DNA of 64,000 bases, taken from positions 95,399 through 159,398 of the forward strand of contig CAKSOW010000002.1 of assembly GCA_934479825.1 (NCBI GenBank). Direction: 5' to 3'. The notes under the pieces were generated by a model. The model saw only the letters and a program-made list of their open reading frames with translations, ran no database searches and was not told where the DNA came from. Positions 62,682 through 64,000 of the stretch are shown here, in pieces (within the stretch, counting starts at the first letter, position 1; each line of letters opens with the position of its first letter). The DNA comes from an uncultured Eubacteriales bacterium (lineage in GTDB: Bacteria > Bacillota > Clostridia > Oscillospirales > CAG-382). A program made the position numbers and the translations under genes.

Positions 62682-64000
62682 ATGGACTCCTCGCTTCTTT
62701 ACTACATCTGGTTAAGCTCCAAGCTCTATCCCGGCTCTGTCTCCGCCAAGCTGTTATTGGAAAATCTGCCGGATATTGACGCGGTCTTTCAGGCCGGTAA
62801 AGACGAATATATCTCGCTCGGCATCGGACGCGGCGACGCCGAACGTCTCTGCGACAAGAACTTGGACGATGCCGGACGTTATTATGAATACTGTGAAAAA
62901 GAACATATCGGGATCCTCACCTACGACAATCCCTATTATCCCGGCCGTTTAAAAGCGATAAACGATCCGCCGCCGCTTTTATACTATCGCGGCAGAGTGG
63001 AGCTTCTGGACGACTATCCCTGCTTTGCCATGGTCGGGACGCGTTCCTGCTCGGAGCACGGATTCCGGACAGCTTACCGCGTTGCCTACACGACAGCCGC
63101 CTGCGGCGGTGTGATCGTCAACGGACTTGCACTCGGTTCGGACACAGCCTGTATGAAAGGCGCGCTCGACGCCGGCGGATATGCCGTGGGATTACTCGGC
63201 TGCGGCATTGACCGCATTTATCCGTCGCAGAACAGGGAATTATTCTTCCGTCTTTCACGGCAAGGACTCATTTTATCGGAGTTTTCGCCGTTCACCCGTC
63301 CCGAGGGACGGAATTTTCCGGTGCGCAACCGCGTCATCAGCGCCCTTTCCGTGGCGGCGGTCATCTTTGAGGCCAACGCCGGCAGCGGCGCGCTGATCAC
63401 TGCGTCCCACGCGCTTGCCCAAGGCAGACGCATTTTTGCCGTGCCCGGCGATGTCGGCGACACGCTGTATGACGGGCCGCTCGCTCTTCTCAAAGACGGA
63501 GCGCAGATCGTCACCGAAGCAGACGACATCTTAACGGAATATTCTCTCATGTTTCCGCACAGGATAAGAGTAAACGGCAAGGTACACGTTCCGCCCGAAA
63601 CCGAACAGGCCGCCGTAGACAGCGCTTTTTCGGTTTTAAGCGATGACAGGGCGAAAAAGCCCGACGGTGAGCGGCATTTGCCAAAGCCGCATCGGATGAA
63701 AGATTCACCGGAAAAACGCAAAAAGAACGTTCCGGAAAAGCAACAGACCGACTCTCCCGTTACTCGCCCAAGTGAACCGCGCGAACCGGTTCCCGACGCG
63801 AAAAAGCCGGACGCCGGTTTTCCGCAAGCCGGGAGCATTGAACTTTCCACGGAGGAAAAGCGGTTGCTGTCGTTTTTCGATCATGCGGAGATCTTGACGG
63901 TTGATGAGATCGCCGCCAAGGGAATGAAAACCGACGATGTACTTTCTTCGCTCACGCTGTTGGAGGTCTACGGATACATCCGAAGTCTGCCCGGCGGCCG
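62682..64000 (+). CDS. dprA: DNA processing protein DprA/Smf (3' end beyond the window)
   Basis: Not in the ORF track because there is no stop inside the window. ATG at 62682. ..GILTYDNPYYPGRLKAINDPPPLLYYRG..AMVGTRSCSEHG..NGLALGSDTA..FPVRNRVISAL.. is the DprA Rossmann-like core. A Lys/Pro-rich insert and a C-terminal winged-helix-like segment follow. Confidence 0.85.
   Translation, partial: MDSSLLYYIWLSSKLYPGSVSAKLLLENLPDIDAVFQAGKDEYISLGIGRGDAERLCDKNLDDAGRYYEYCEKEHIGILTYDNPYYPGRLKAINDPPPLLYYRGRVELLDDYPCFAMVGTRSCSEHGFRTAYRVAYTTAACGGVIVNGLALGSDTACMKGALDAGGYAVGLLGCGIDRIYPSQNRELFFRLSRQGLILSEFSPFTRPEGRNFPVRNRVISALSVAAVIFEANAGSGALITASHALAQGRRIFAVPGDVGDTLYDGPLALLKDGAQIVTEADDILTEYSLMFPHRIRVNGKVHVPPETEQAAVDSAFSVLSDDRAKKPDGERHLPKPHRMKDSPEKRKKNVPEKQQTDSPVTRPSEPREPVPDAKKPDAGFPQAGSIELSTEEKRLLSFFDHAEILTVDEIAAKGMKTDDVLSSLTLLEVYGYIRSLPGG

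Noticed and set aside
1-64000. A window-wide search for CRISPR arrays, tRNA/rRNA genes, IS elements, integrases, prophage genes, toxin-antitoxin pairs or known defence-system signatures.
   Set aside because: I saw no regularly spaced repeats, no cloverleaf-like or rRNA-like segments in the intergenic regions, no transposase, recombinase or nuclease-type ORFs, and no abrupt composition shift. The region looks like core chromosome plus one metabolic BMC island.

Overview
This is a roughly 50% GC chromosomal segment. It appears to come from an anaerobic, spore-forming Firmicute (Clostridia-like). That placement is inferred from spoVAD/spoVAE, an SLH-domain wall protein, an ECF S-component next to CoaW, SigA-type TTGACA/TATAAT promoters and strong GGAGG ribosome-binding sites.

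Positions 1-9793 are all on the minus strand. They form the right-hand part of a glycyl-radical-enzyme (GRE) bacterial microcompartment (BMC) locus of the fucose/rhamnose to 1,2-propanediol type (GRM5-like). Its genes are a GRE diol dehydratase, its activase, PduU/EutS, EutP/PduV, a class II aldolase, a GlcG/DUF336 protein, a Zn-dependent alcohol dehydrogenase (ADH), two BMC-H, one BMC-P and a PduS-like protein cut by the window edge. Three cargo enzymes carry recognisable encapsulation peptides. The two near-consensus promoters of the locus share a 12-nt direct-repeat motif.

The remainder is mostly housekeeping or envelope functions:
- Translation: rplJ-rplL with leader, efp, rpsA and rplS.
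- Metabolism and RNA modification: ispH/ispD/ispF, cmk, plsC, rsuA and a TrmH-family methylase.
- Envelope, sporulation and transport: lepB, hflKC, spoVAD/E, ktrAB and a MacAB-like ABC exporter followed by an SLH protein.
- Competence: dprA (cut by the right edge).
- Glycan degradation: GH78, GH2 and SGNH hydrolases and a polysaccharide deacetylase.

Two edge-truncated genes (1..1166 minus, 62682..64000 plus) are absent from the supplied ORF track. Many long track ORFs are antisense shadows of real genes. I saw no CRISPR array, tRNA/rRNA, IS or transposon, prophage or recognisable defence system.

I could not identify a convincing new multi-gene system. The most novel-looking signals are small or regulatory:
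- a 26-codon leader ORF with five consecutive Tyr codons plus an attenuator-like hairpin pair upstream of an acyl-CoA synthetase;
- the shared repeat operator of the BMC promoters;
- a duplicated 28-nt hairpin module in front of a MATE exporter;
- a GH2 gene split by one in-frame TAG;
- an SLH protein with three tandem copies of a domain I do not recognise.

All functional calls come from motif recognition by eye. No database search was run.
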